Part shown: positions 13,321-25,800 of the stretch, piece by piece
How positions within the stretch are numbered: position 1 is the stretch's first letter
Layout of the letters: the number at the start of each line of letters is the position of its first letter
Assembly (NCBI GenBank): GCA_051294375.1
Contig: JBJCIZ010000868.1
Span: 9,988-73,987 of the forward strand
DNA from: Paraspadella gotoi
Taxonomy: Eukaryota; Animalia; Chaetognatha
DNA: 64,000 nt
Reading direction: 5' to 3'
Notes under the pieces: model-generated
Seen by the model: only the letters and a program-made list of their open reading frames with translations
What the model was told of the DNA's origin: nothing
Databases searched by the model: none
Position numbers and translations under genes: made by a program

Positions 13321-13804
13321 CAAAGGAAATGAAATGTTTGAAAGGACAGTACACAACATAGAGAACGACAAACGGAACACAAACATATTACCAATGAAAC
13401 TCTGCTATGAGAAACTGAAGTCGGACAACATCTGCCCTAGCACATTCTATGGATTTTACTGTCATTGCGAGTCTTGAATTTTTTTCATCCAATATTACTT
13501 GTTGATTGGGTTGGTTCGGTTTCTATTCTTAAGCTGGTTTTGTGATCACGTAATAACGTTTTTAACAGTCTGTAGCTTTTTAAATCTTTTTAGTAATTTT
13601 TGATTATTCCTTTTCTGGTTTTAGTTATCACGGTACTAACAATTTGAAAAGTCTGTACATAGTTTTTAAAACAATCTTAGTTCTCGGTAAAACGAAATGA
13701 CCTCAGCCACAGTAAATTGCGCCCCGGTTTAGTCTGTTTCATGTTTCATGTTTCTCCCTCCCCTTCTTAAAATGAAAAATTTGTGAATAATTCACAAAAA
13801 ATTT

Positions 13805-13870
13805 TGGCGCTGAAGAAGGCTCAAATTTGAGCCAAAACATGTATGTCTATAATTAAATAAATTGTTGCAA
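13805..13870 (+). ncRNA. Degenerate Penelope-type minimal hammerhead
   Basis: ggcg-CTGAAGA-A-GGCTC(AAATTT)GAGCC-AAAACATGTA-tgtc, followed by AATAAATTGTTG. G12 is mutated to A. Confidence 0.5.
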
Positions 13871-14749
13871 ACGTATTCACACTATTCCTTTAATCTATTT
13901 ATTTATTTTAAGAAATTAATATCCATGTTATACAGCCTTAAATGAGCCAACAAAATGTTAAACAAAATTGATAGAGGTTTATGAAAATAGTGATAAAACA
14001 TCTTCTGATCTAAAATTAATTTTGCTGAGAAAATTTTAATAGTTATTATTATTGTTATCATTATAGTTATTATTAATTGTACTAATATTTAACAGAGTAA
14101 TTCTTATTAAAACGATTTTACCAATCTTTCATGAGAATTTTTTTCATTTTGATAAAAAAAAGAGGACAGATCGGCCGGAGCGATCTACGGAAGGGAGGGA
14201 GAGTGGTAATAGGTAAGGCCTATGGTAAGTCAAGCTAGTAAAGCTTATTATAAGCTGTATAAAGTTTAATGTAGCTTCTAAAAGCTTTTATAAGCTTTAA
14301 AAAGGATATTGACTGCGTTATGTGGTTCAGTACTTATTTTCCATTTTGCTTAATTTTTAACATTTTTTTATAAAAATACTTATCCTTTAGAATCACTCAA
14401 TATTTATATAAACATAATTTTTTATTATTTTTATGGATGAAAACGAGTTTAAATTCTTTGTTTTTAACTATATTTTACTTAAACAAGTTTGAGCAAACAA
14501 TGTCGGATCTGCCTACGATAATTAATTAATTAATCGATTAATTAATTAATTAATTTAAATATGTAATAATTAATTTTAAATTTATATTCAACTTATCATC
14601 ATCGATGTCCTTAAAATTGGGTTAGGACAGTTATTAAATATGTTTTGTTTACATTTCAATTTAAGTAACAAGACAGGGATTTCTAAAGCGAAATCAAAGT
14701 GGATTTTATTTCTTCAGAAAATAAACAGTAAACAAACGCGTGTCAATTT

Positions 14750-15707
14750 CCAGGCAGAGTGAATAATACAGAATTCGGTTCCCTTTTATACAGCCCAAAC
14801 GGATCAGAGGAAAGGGGTAAAATTTCCGACCATTTGTTCACTATGGCCGGTGCCATTTGTCTTTCGACCAATGGGAAAGTTTCATTGTATTTCCGGTGGG
14901 GCTTCAATAGATCCGTTGATTCCGATTTCGATTCTGGAGTCCTTGATTCCTCTGCGATGAAGCTTTATCACACACTTTCCTACCCACACACAAAATTTCA
15001 TTCCAATCCAACCAGCCAATCACGAGTTATTGGAGCTTTTTGCTAAGGTGGGACGGATGGAACGGATTGATTGACTGATTAATTAATTATTGATAATTAA
15101 TTGACTAATTGATTAATTAACTGATTAATTATTGATTTATGTAATACATTCCTGCATATACATTTAATATAAAGGAAAAAGAATCATAATCATTAGTGAA
15201 ACAGTTTTGTTTTTTTTCCATTTAAACTCATTTCCACTCAAAGAGATCTCATCGAAACTGGTTTCCTGTTCGAATCACACACTTTTCTACTCACCATACA
15301 AAATTCCAGGACAATCGATAATTAAGTGGCAATAAGCTAACTTGGTCAACTTGCATAATTTATAAACTTGCATAATTGGTCAACTGACAAATCTTGGTTA
15401 ACTGACATAATTGGTCTACTGACTAATTTGTCAACTGACATAAATTTGGTCAAACTGACATATATTTGATCAATTAAGATAATTGATTCACTTAAGATAA
15501 TTTGGTCAACCGGATAATTTGGTCAACTCGCATAATTTTATCAACTGGCCTAATATTGTCACTGGCAAATTTGGTCAACAGGCATAATTTGGGTCAAACT
15601 TGCAGAACTTGATCAACTTGCAGAATTTGGTCAACTGGAATAATTGGTCAACTTTAAGAATTTGGTCAACTGGCATATTTTGTCAATTCGGCATAATTTG
15701 GTCAATC

Positions 15708-15740
<33 letters not shown>

Positions 15741-16490
15741 CAATCAATCAATCAGAGAGAGATAGAGAGAGAGAAACTTTAAGAAATTCAAATAAAATGT
15801 GTCTTTTGGTTTTCTAAATTTGAACTTTTTTCCACTCCTACGATTTCCATTCAAAAAATTTATATCCAGCTTTATCACATACTTTTCTACCCACAACAAA
15901 ATCTCAATTTCGATTTATCTTTCCAATTTTTAATAAACATAATAATTATGAGTAAATTTAAGTAAAAATACTTCAAGTTTAATATGACTTTTTTTCCATT
16001 TTAACTCATTTCCACTCGCAACGATTCCATCGAAACTTTATATCCAGCTCAAACACACACTTCCTACCATCATCCAAAATTTCAAGTCAATTGCCCTATC
16101 CCTCATGAGCAATTGGCGTTCAAATAGTGAAATATATTTTTTTGTTTTTTCCATTTAAACCAAGTTTCCACTCGCACTTTCCCTCGAAACTTAATATCCA
16201 TCTCAAATCACACAGTTTCCTACCCACACACAAAATTTCATACCAAATCCATCCATCCAATTCACGAGTAATTGGAGTTTTTGCTAAGGTGGTGGACGGA
16301 CGGACGACGCGACGGACGGACGCCACGGACGGACGGACGGACATCGTTTTTTTTGCATAATTATCATAATTCGATGTTCTGACATGATATAAAGTGTTTG
16401 CCCGACAATATTGAGGGGGCGGACCGACGGGACACGACAAAGTGAATTATAGAGTCTGGATCTGCTGATAAGCAGACCCGACTAAAAAGT
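14750..16490 (+). mobile_element. Helentron/DINE-1-like non-autonomous element with internal ~20-bp minisatellite
   Basis: (GGAC/GACG)n microsatellite at 16294-16341 and terminal stem-loop AGTC.GGATCTGCT-gata-AGCAGACCCGACT at ~16452-16483. Homologous inverted copy at 21400-22150. Confidence 0.5.
15335..15705. repeat. ~20-bp minisatellite CATAATTTGGTCAACTG..
   Basis: About 18 degenerate tandem copies. Confidence 0.85.
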
Positions 16491-17169
16491 GAATTTAACA
16501 AGCTTTCTTTGATATCAAATTTTGCTATTTTTTAAAAATTTTTTGCATCAAATTGCTTCATAAAATCGATAGAACGGGAAAATTGAGTGAACGAATTTTT
16601 TAATTTTTTTTATCAAATACAAAAAATTAAGGGGAAACGAGATCATATATCATATCTTGTATTTATGCTCCGCGCTAATCCACAGCCTTTCACTCCTCAC
16701 TTAAGGTGGATCTCTGAGCTTGACACGGGGTCATCATGCACACATAGCAGATGGAGAAACAGAGACTGGGGCTAAGAAGAACGCACGACCAGTTCTCAAT
16801 GACACGAGAAGGTCTAGCAATTGGAGGGGGGGTAACATCGCAGGAAATGGACCAGTAGATGGATCTTATAGACTAAATGGTTTGCCTCCCTTGGCTTTTC
16901 CGTCTTTTCTTCTGATTGACCAATCAGAGAGAAGGCTTCTCTCAGGAAACCGACAGCAGGGAAGGAGAGGGAACTAGATCACTCTTCAACTTACCTTCAA
17001 GAACTCAACATCAAATTCTATTTTATTGTATTTGTTTACTGTCTGTTTATTCTGCATAATCTCCATCAATAATCGTTATCTCCTCATGTGCTTAAACCAC
17101 GCCTACTTCTTTAGTTGCAGCGATAAAAAATGTTTCAAAAAAAATCTTAAAAGCATAAGGATCGAGCCG

Positions 17170-18129
17170 CTTCGATGGTAACCAATATTGAATACGATGA
17201 TAACCAAATATTGATGCGATGATAACCAAATATTGACGCGATGATAACCAATAATTGATGCGATGATAACAAAATGACTGATGTGATGATAATCAAATGA
17301 ATTGATGCGATGATAGTCATTTATTTGATATGATGATAATCATTCATTGATACGAATGATAGTCATTCATTGATGCGATGATAGTAATTCATTGACGCGA
17401 TAAATCATTCATCGTAAATAAAACAAACAAATGCGTGTATGAGTGAAAGAGAGAGAGAGAGAGAGAGAGAAGAGGAGAAAGAGAGAGAGAGAGAGGCTGG
17501 ACAGTTTTCCCTCCAACGAAAACGCATTATTAGGTCTCTCTCGTTTATATAAAGAATAATCAGAATTTTTAGGAAAAAAATCCACGAAAATCTCGGATGT
17601 AAATTTGGGATTTTGTATTGAGAAAAAAGCGCGGAATAAATGGCGATAAAAAGTTTTTAGAAGGAAAAAAAAGAGAAAGAGAGAGAGAGAGAGAACAGAG
17701 AGAGATAGAGAGAGAGAGAGGGAGAGAGAGAAAGAGAGAGAGAGAGAAAAAGAAGCCATATAAAGAAATTTTTTGTACATTGAAAAATTATAATCCCTAT
17801 TAACAAATATATATAGTTGAAAATACTCAGTTAACGACTATGATATTTTTTGACTTCCAAATATTGTGTTTTTTTTCCTTTCTGTTTCGTTGTGATTTGA
17901 TTTAGAACTTCCAAATAATATAATAATATTGCGTTATCGCGTTATTAGGTCATGTTCCCTTGACATTGTTTACTCGTTGCCTCGCAACGGCCCCTAAATC
18001 CAGGTAAAGAAGAAAAAAGCGCGGAATAAATGGCAATAATAAAAGTTTTTAGAAGCGAAAAAAATAATCAAGAATTTTCAAAAAACGAACGATGCACGCA
18101 AGAGAATCGTAAAGAGAGAAAGAGACAGA

Positions 18130-18172
<43 letters not shown>

Positions 18173-18586
18173 CGAAGCTTAACAGACGCTGCATAGGCGG
18201 AACTCGTTTACTCGTCCGCCAAATTAAAAATTAGTTACTATATACTAATTTGACATTGCAGTAAGTACTATAATTTCAATTAGCATATTGCAGTAAATTA
18301 TAATGAAGTGAAATTCAAACAAAAAATACTTGAATCGATATGAAACAGAAGAAAAATGGACACACATTTCAACTTCATCACTGCCTCACTAATGAACTGC
18401 TTGATAAATAGATACATTGTTTGGTAGTTTAAACCATAAACCGGCAAAAATAGGCAGTAAAAAAATGATCGGCATATAGCATACAATCCGGCATATTCAA
18501 ATTGTGAAAAAAAATTTAATAATCATTCATTGACGAGATGAATCATTCATCGTAAATAAAACAAACAAATGCGTGTAGAATGAAAT

Positions 18587-18617
<31 letters not shown>

Positions 18618-18774
18618 CACGAGAAAGAGAGAGAGAGGCTGGTCAGTTTTTACTCTCGTTGTATAAAAGAATAATCAGAATTTTAGAGAAAAAAATCCAC
18701 CGAAAATCTCGGATGTAAATTTGGGATTTTGTAATTGAGAAAAAAACGCGGAATAAATGGCGGAATAAAGAGAA

Positions 18775-18815
<41 letters not shown>

Positions 18816-19849
18816 TAGAGAGAAGCTGGACCGCCCTGCAGAGCTGAACTCGTTTTTCGAACGTATCTGAGTAGGGACGAACTCTTTTCCTTTCTAATAT
18901 TTTTTTTACTTATCAAACAAAATTTTAGGTCCTCATCTTAAAAAAGTTTTAATCTTGAATGAAATTTTAGATTGTTCTTTTTTTTAAAGAAGAAACCAGA
19001 CCGAGGTCAAATTTCATATTTGCATATTTAACTAATTTATAAATATTTATCCCAACTCAAATAATTATTATTTTAAAAAAGGATAAAAAATGATTAATAA
19101 TATACACTAAAAAAAATTTACAAATTTTAAAATTGTAAAAATTATTAGAATAACAAAAAAAGTAATGTTTAATTTGACTATATTCTCTCTCTCAACTCCT
19201 ATTTTAGATATAATTTGCCAATAGTGGGCCGACCGGTCCAAAGTTACAGTAATAAACAAAAACAAAAAAAATTTTTAGTTTAAAAAATTATATATGCAAT
19301 TAAATTAATCTGCGCAATTGCCGGACATATAGCAGGTATATGTATAGCAGAAAGCTGATGTATATGTGACATTGCCTGCATTATAAGTTTTTTTTCCTTT
19401 TTTCGAAAAATGAATCCACGAAAAATCTCGGATGTAAATTTGGGGATTTTGTATAGAGAAAAAAAATAAAATGGCGATAATAAAAGTTTTTAGAAGGAAA
19501 AAAAATAATAAGAATTTTTCCACAAAACGAACGATCGTACATAGAGAGAGAGACAGAGAGAGACAGAGAGAGAGAGAGAAAAGAAGCTGAACAGAGCCGG
19601 AACTCGTTTACTCGTTTACTCGTCGCCTGGTGAAAAAAAAAGTGACTAAAAAATCTTTTTTTTGTTAAAAAAAAAAAAAAAAAAAAGAGAGAGAGAGAAG
19701 AGAGAGAGAAAGAGAGAAAGAGAGAGAGAGAGAGAGAGCCGGAACTCGTTTAATCGTTTACTCATCGCGCAGTTGACTAAAAATTATTTTTGTAAAAAAA
19801 AAAAGAGATAGAAAGAGAGAAAGAGAGAGAGAGACAGATAGGAAGAAAG

Positions 19850-19889
<40 letters not shown>

Positions 19890-20690
19890 AAGTTTTCCCG
19901 CCAACGATACGCAATATTAGGTCACTCTTGTTTATATCGGCGTGATCTCGGTCAAGTTGATTTTTTTTTATACACGTAACGTTTCCGTTGCCATCAAAAC
20001 GCGTTATTAGGTCATGTTCCTCGACATTGTTTACTCGTTTGCCCCCCGCAACGGCCACGAAATCCAGGTCAAGTAAGTTATTCTTCACATTTTCTCACAA
20101 AAATCCACGAAAATCTCAGATGTAAATTTGGGATTTTGGTATTGAGAAAGAAGCGCGGAATAAATGGCGATAATAAAAGTTTTTAGAAGGAAAGAAATAA
20201 TAAAGAAATTTTTAAAAAAAAACGGTGGTAAAAAAAAGTGAATAATTTGTTTTTTGTAAAAAAAAAGAAAAGAGAGAGAGAGAGAGAGAGGGGGAGGGAG
20301 GGGAGGGAGACGGAGGGAGAGAGAGAGAGAGCCTGAACTCGTTTTTTTAAAACGATTCAGAAAGGCAGCGCCTGATCAAATATATATGTTTTTAGAAAGA
20401 AAAAAATAATCAGATTTTTTCAAAAAACGAACGATCACGCAAGAGATCGTACAGAGAGAGACAGACGCACACAAAGAGAGACAGAGAGAGACTGAACTCG
20501 TTTTAAACGATTCAGAAAAGGCAGCGCCTGAAAAAAATATATATATAATTAAAAAATAAATAAAAGAAAGGCAAAAAATGTTACAAATGGTTTACAACTG
20601 GAAATTTTTCCAATTTTTTCCAATCGCAGCTTGTAAAAGATTTTATTCTTATTTGTATTCAAATTAAGATATAGCTTCTCATTAAATATA
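17170..20690. repeat. Inverted, rearranged and expanded copy of the 8400-10592 composite repeat block
   Basis: Reverse-complement matches: 10090-10590 with 17170-17700; 9400-9680 with 18970-19270; 9820-9990 with 19890-20080; 8730-8860 with 20560-20685. Confidence 0.8.
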
Positions 20691-20900
20691 TATTATATAT
20701 TAAATATAATGTAATTTTTGATAATGTTCAACTCAAAATATAAGGAAAATATTTATTGTAGTTAATAGTTATACCACCGCACAAATAATTATTATTGTGA
20801 CATATCTCAAATAATTTTTTTGTTCCCAAGAGCTCCATTCTAAGTCCTACATGGCTATTACAATTACTTTTTTTGTCATTTTTTGACTGAATAATTAAAC

Positions 20901-21253
20901 CTGTAAAATCCGACAGGGCATAAAGTACAGTTGCTTTGACCCTTGTATTTTTGGTATTGTCCAGCTGGGCAGGAAGAGCAGATTTTTGCTCCAGATGATG
21001 AATAACTGCCTGGAAGACAACGTAAACACCTCACAGACCCAGGTAATGACTGATATTCACCTATTTTGCACTTTTCACATCCAACTTTTGAGTTAATTAG
21101 TTTGTAACCTGGTTTGCATAGTATACATTTAGATGAAGCAGGCTTATTAGAATATGACCCCTTGGGGCATGGTGTGCAAGGTCCATAATGACTAGTAGAA
21201 CTTGTATATGTTCCAACAGGACAGTCTACACAAATTGTTGCCCCAACATCATT
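20901..21253 (-). CDS. Two host exons (21253-21109, 21060-20901) encoding Cys-rich ephrin-receptor-like (GCC2/GCC3) repeats, SVEP1/SCUBE-like extracellular protein
   Basis: In-frame splice across a 48-nt GT-AG intron: NDVGATICVDCPVGTYTSS..CTPCPKGSYSNKPASSKCILCKP|GEYQSLPGSVRCLRCLPGSYSSSGAKICSSCPAGQYQKYKGQSNCTLCPVGFY. Confidence 0.85.
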
Positions 21254-21399
21254 CTTAAAAAAAAAGAAATATTAATTGTAAAAAAATTATAAAAAAATTG
21301 GCATTACTCTTTTTTATAAACTAAATTAACAATTTGTGCATATAATGTTGCATAAACTCACTGCTGATATTAGTAGAACTAATCTCTGATGAAAGAAGC

Positions 21400-22150
21400 C
21401 AGCTCGTCAGCATATCCCGACTCTATAATTCACTTTGTCGGTCCGTCGGTCCGCCCCCTCAATATTGTCGGGCACTAACTTATATCATGTCAGAACATCG
21501 AATGATAAATTAAGCATTGTGATTAAACTTTCTTTCGTTGTGTTTTGATATATTTGAAATTAAAGACGAAGTCTTTATACATCAACAATTTTATTTTTAT
21601 TGTTCAGACAAGTTTCGGCTTTCATTAAAGCACCGATGAAGGCTTGAATGAAAGCCGAAACTTGTCTGAACAATAAAAATAAAATCGTTGATGTATCAAG
21701 ACTTCGTCTTTAATTTCAAAAATAAATTATGCAAAAAAATGATGTCCGTCCGTCTGTCTGTCCGTCCGTTCCGACCGGTTGTGTATCTAATTTCTATTAA
21801 ATATGGTTCTGATCATATTTTGAAAGTTTTTTGAAAATCTGAATCTAGATTCAGGCACAATTCATAACCTATCACTAACCCAACACCTCCTATAATCATT
21901 AATAACTTATGATAGCTGAAAAAGAAATACATCGAATAATAAATATCATAGGATTAAGCTCTCATCGCAGGAGTATCAAGCCACCAGAATCAAATCGGAT
22001 CGGAGGCTCGGTCAAAATGGAATCGCCGAATCCTGATTGGTAATGGTTAAGCATGAACCGGAATCGACCAATCAGCTAGCAGAATCATTGGAACTGTAAA
22101 TTTTACCCACGTCGCCGATCCTCTTCCCAAGATAAAAACAGACTTAGCAT
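21400..22150 (-). mobile_element. Second Helentron/DINE-like copy, interrupted by a Penelope fold-back insertion
   Basis: Reverse-complement match to 16340-16470 and 14920-14965; (GTCC/GTCT)n at 21744-21769. Confidence 0.5.
21513..21721 (+). mobile_element. Mini Penelope-like fold-back insertion with hammerhead motif
   Basis: Inverted arms 21553-21631 and 21642-21720; CCGATGA-A-GGCTT(6)AAGCC-GAAACTTGTC at 21633-21666; 40-nt tail 21513-21552; TSD ATAAATTA at 21505-21512 and 21722-21729. The uninterrupted site is seen in the 16340-16380 copy. Confidence 0.8.
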
Positions 22151-23080
22151 GTTCTAGTTTCAGTAGCATTGATCATGACTCCTGCGCGTGTCTCACCGTC
22201 ACCTTTATTCTCAGAATAAAAATTCATCTTGATTTCGTCCATAGAAATCCATGAGTTTTTCCTTAAATGATACACTGCGCCATGCTAACTTTCATCGTGT
22301 CTTACATAGGGATCGTTCATACCAAATTTCAATAAATTTGGTCTAATAGTTTTCTCGGAACGAGTTCTGGTAACAAAAAAGGGGTCTATGGCAACAGCCG
22401 GGTTGCCTGTGATGCCCATTGGCATGGGGCATCTCACTGTTGGCTTTGGGGGCTTCCGACCCTCAGTGACGCCTCCAGTCACTGGCGCGGTTACCCTACA
22501 ACGGTCTCGCTTTGCCAACGCAGAGGGAAGTCGTTAGAACTGTGGATGGAACACTACGCCTGGGATGGTGTGGTCCCCCTCTGAGCCAACGGATTTGGCT
22601 GAAGGATGGTGGACGTGAGGCGGTGTGAATACACCGCCACAGGTCCCTAATTTTATAATTTGAAGCCTTCTGGATTTATCTCAAGTCTCGCAAAATTACG
22701 ACTCAGACCAGCAAGATAACCAGAAGACGATTTGGCTGAACGCATGTTAACATTAATGAATTTTTGTTTCCCCCAAAAAATTAAAAGCAAACCTACAGCT
22801 TTATATAATATAATCTGAACGTATGGACGACACAAGTTTCAGAGTAAGAATGATTTATTCTTCAACATGGTTAATAACAATAACAGTTAAAAGCTCAGAT
22901 GCTAAGTCTATAACAATGGATATTTACAGGGTCAAAGTTTGACCATAAGGGGAAGAGCAATACAATCGAGGGTAAGGTTGAAATAAGGTCAAATGGTTTG
23001 GCCGAGGTTGCGTGTTGTAATTGTTCGTCCACACATCCCCCCACCAAGGCTTCAACCAGGTGGGGAGAAGGCTTGAGAAG

Positions 23081-23962
23081 TCATTGAATTGCATCGTCGT
23101 TGTCTTCGTCGTCTTCCGGCGGCTGGAGCATCGTCGGAAGAATGTTCAAAAGGCCGGGAATTGAAGATGATTGACGTCGAGCAACGCGCGGCGTCGTGGA
23201 AGACGCGAGTGGCGCCGCTTCCATTTCCGGAGGCGGGGACATGGGCGGAGGTGCTGAAGCACGACGAGGGCGGCCGCGTGGTCGTGCTTGAGGTGGATCT
23301 GGAGGTGCGACTTCGTCAGTGACGGCGGGTTTGAGTCGATCGACGGAAATAACTTCGACGCCGCGGCCCGGTATTTCAATTTTGAAAGTTTTTGAGCCAC
23401 GTTCGAGGACGTTGTAAGGGCCGTCGTAAGGCGGTTGGAGCGGCGTCGAATGTCCGTCGCGTCTGACGTAGACGCGGTCCGCGTCGGCGAGCGTTCCTGG
23501 CACGTGAGAAGGTGGCGCCGCATGCCAAGCGGCGGGCAGGGGCTGCATGAGGGCAACATCCGCTCGGAGGTCATTGAGAATTCGTGCGCGTGCGTCGGCG
23601 TCGACGTCGGTTTCCGGGACCGGAAGTAGCTCGCCAGGAAGAGTCAGCGTCTCGCCGAGCGTCAGTTCTGCGGGGGAGGCGTCTGAGTCTTCTCGCGGGG
23701 TTGCGCGGAGGCTCAAGAGAGTCCATGGAAGCTGCGCTAACCAGTTATGACCGGCGGCGTCGCAGCGGGCGCGAAGGGCTGCCTTCAGTGTTCGGTGGAG
23801 ACGCTCGACCATCCCATTGGATTGGGGGTGGTAGGCGGTCGTAGTTGAAGGATCGAAGCCGACTACCGCCGCCACATGGCGCCACAATTCCGATGTGAAT
23901 TGGGCGCCGCGATCGGTGGTGACGACGGAGGGAACGCCGAAACGGGAGACCCAGTTTTGCAA
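23081..23962 (-). CDS. pol: Integrase core and C-terminal domain of element A
   Basis: WVSRFGVP..VTTDRGAQF..TTAYHPQSNGMVERLHRTLK; GPY motif (PPYDGPY). Confidence 0.92.
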   Translation of the reverse strand: MQNWVSRFGVPSVVTTDRGAQFTSELWRHVAAVVGFDPSTTTAYHPQSNGMVERLHRTLKAALRARCDAAGHNWLAQLPWTLLSLRATPREDSDASPAELTLGETLTLPGELLPVPETDVDADARARILNDLRADVALMQPLPAAWHAAPPSHVPGTLADADRVYVRRDGHSTPLQPPYDGPYNVLERGSKTFKIEIPGRGVEVISVDRLKPAVTDEVAPPDPPQARPRGRPRRASAPPPMSPPPEMEAAPLASSTTPRVARRQSSSIPGLLNILPTMLQPPEDDEDNDDAIQ

Positions 23963-24129
23963 GAAGGCGGCGGCGACGGAGGNNNNNNNNNNNNNNNNNN
24001 NNNNNNNCGGGCGGAAGTGTCCGCGGAGCGGCGCCCGCTTGGCCAGCGGGCGTGAAGAGGTCGATCATGCGTGAGAGATGTGTTGTGGCCGGAAACGCTA
24101 GGCAGCGGGCCAACCAGAAATCAATGTGT

Positions 24130-25800
24130 CACGTGCGCGAAACATTTGGGCGGTGGGTTCAAATTGCTGGAGGGGCGCGCGGACGTGGCGCTGCGTGCTT
24201 GGCGCGCTGGCAAAAGTGTCGCACCCTGACGCCGCCCTGCGTGCGACCCGTCGGAAGAGACTGATGGCCACACAAAACGCGTCGTTAATCAGTTTTTGGA
24301 TGGCGAACTCCGGGTGAGCGATGCATGTGTGGCTTTCGAAAAACGCGTCGGCGCCATGACGCTGGATACAAGTGGGCGTGCCCCGGGAAGCCAGAGATGT
24401 CGCAAATAGCGTCGTGTTGTGATCGTTAACTGGTTTTTGAGAACGGAAGCGCCGTATGGGGGTCGTTGAGACAAGACGCTGGACCATCCTCTGTCGGCGG
24501 CTTGATTCGCCGCCATTGCTCGATATTGACTTGAAAGGGCGCCGATGGCGTTTGACGGTGGCGGCAATGTCCTCACGTGCTTTTTGCGCGTTCGAGGCTG
24601 GTTCACGTGAGCTGCGGGGATTGGCGGGGGCGAATGGTGCTGGGAGTTGGAGTTGGTGGAGTTGGGCGGTCCGTGAAAGGGCTCGGCGACGAACGTTCGG
24701 CCTTTCAGCTAATATTAACGAAGTCGCCGCATGAATTCGGCGATGCCCGCCAACTGGTAAGGTCTGCTCATGGTGTGAGGCTTCGGCCTTCTTCCCGCAG
24801 CGCCGAACGAGCCGATAATGTGGTCGCTGAAAAAGCGTGAAGCGGCGTCCCTTCGAACATTGGCCCGAAACATGGCGGATAGAGGCCGTGGCGGGCGAGG
24901 AGTCCTTGTTCCAAAAGGCGGCCATTTGCGCTGATTTGGTTTCAGTGGCTTTGAATGGAACCCCAGAGGCTGCCACTGGCCCGTTGACCAGCTGTTCGAG
25001 GACGGCGCCGGAACGGCACGTCGGAGGCGTCGACAGTGAGAGAAAGAGGAGCGCCGTCGATTGAATGTACCAGCATAGTGGGTCCGGCGAGGGCGTCTTT
25101 GATCGCCTTGAAAGCGGCGTCTTGGGGCGCCGCCACTTGAACGTGCGCGCGGTTGCCGCGAAGAACTTCAAGGAGGGGGTCTAGAATGATGAGCGGCGTG
25201 GGACGAAACGGCGGTAATAATTGAAAGAACCCCGAGGAAGAGTATGTCGCGTTGGAGTTCTTTGATGGTGGTGGGCGGTGGCCATTGTACGCAAACGCCT
25301 CCACCTTTCGCTGAAGTGGGCTGACCACCATTTTTGTCGACGTTGAGCCAAGAAACTCTAGCTGGAGAGCCGAAACGCACTTGGCGCCGATTTGACAATG
25401 AGGCCATTGTCGGCGAGGGCGTTGAAAGAGCGCTTGGAGATCCTCTTGGTGCTCCTCGTGTGAATGAGATGACACAAGGAGGTCCGTGCTAAGTAGAACG
25501 AAGATGTGGGGGATGCCGGTCAGGGACTTGATCCATCATGCGTTGAAAGTCCTGAACCGCAATTTTTTTAGCCCGAATAGGCATGAAGAGAAATTCGTAG
25601 AGCCCAATGGCGTAATTACGCGTTTTGTGCGGTCTTCCTTCGCGACGGGATCTGAATGATACCCCTTGGCAGAGGTCGATCTTCGAGAAGACCGTCTTCC
25701 GGCAACGTCGGCGTTTGAAATCCATTAGGTGAGGATCGGGTAGCGGTCGTCAACGTGACGCCATTGAGGCGCCGATAATCGCCGCAAGGACGAAGAGACC
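24130..25800 (-). pseudogene. pol: Indel-rich duplicate of the RT-RNaseH-INT zinc finger segment of element A
   Basis: Colinear with 25800-27390; junction reads CQRAKTQRH|NRW|SLRPCGDYRRLN. Confidence 0.85.

Noticed and set aside
16721-17137. Solo LTR (also LTR-like 12130-12520 and 49233-49975)
   Set aside because: LTR-like composition, but no matching second copy or TSD in the window.
8940-20090. Numerous S/L- or R/E-rich ORFs
   Set aside because: They are translations of (CT)n/(GA)n microsatellites.
21386-21400. CTGATGA as another hammerhead core (also 57077)
   Set aside because: No stem II or GAAA follows; the second instance lies inside integrase coding sequence.
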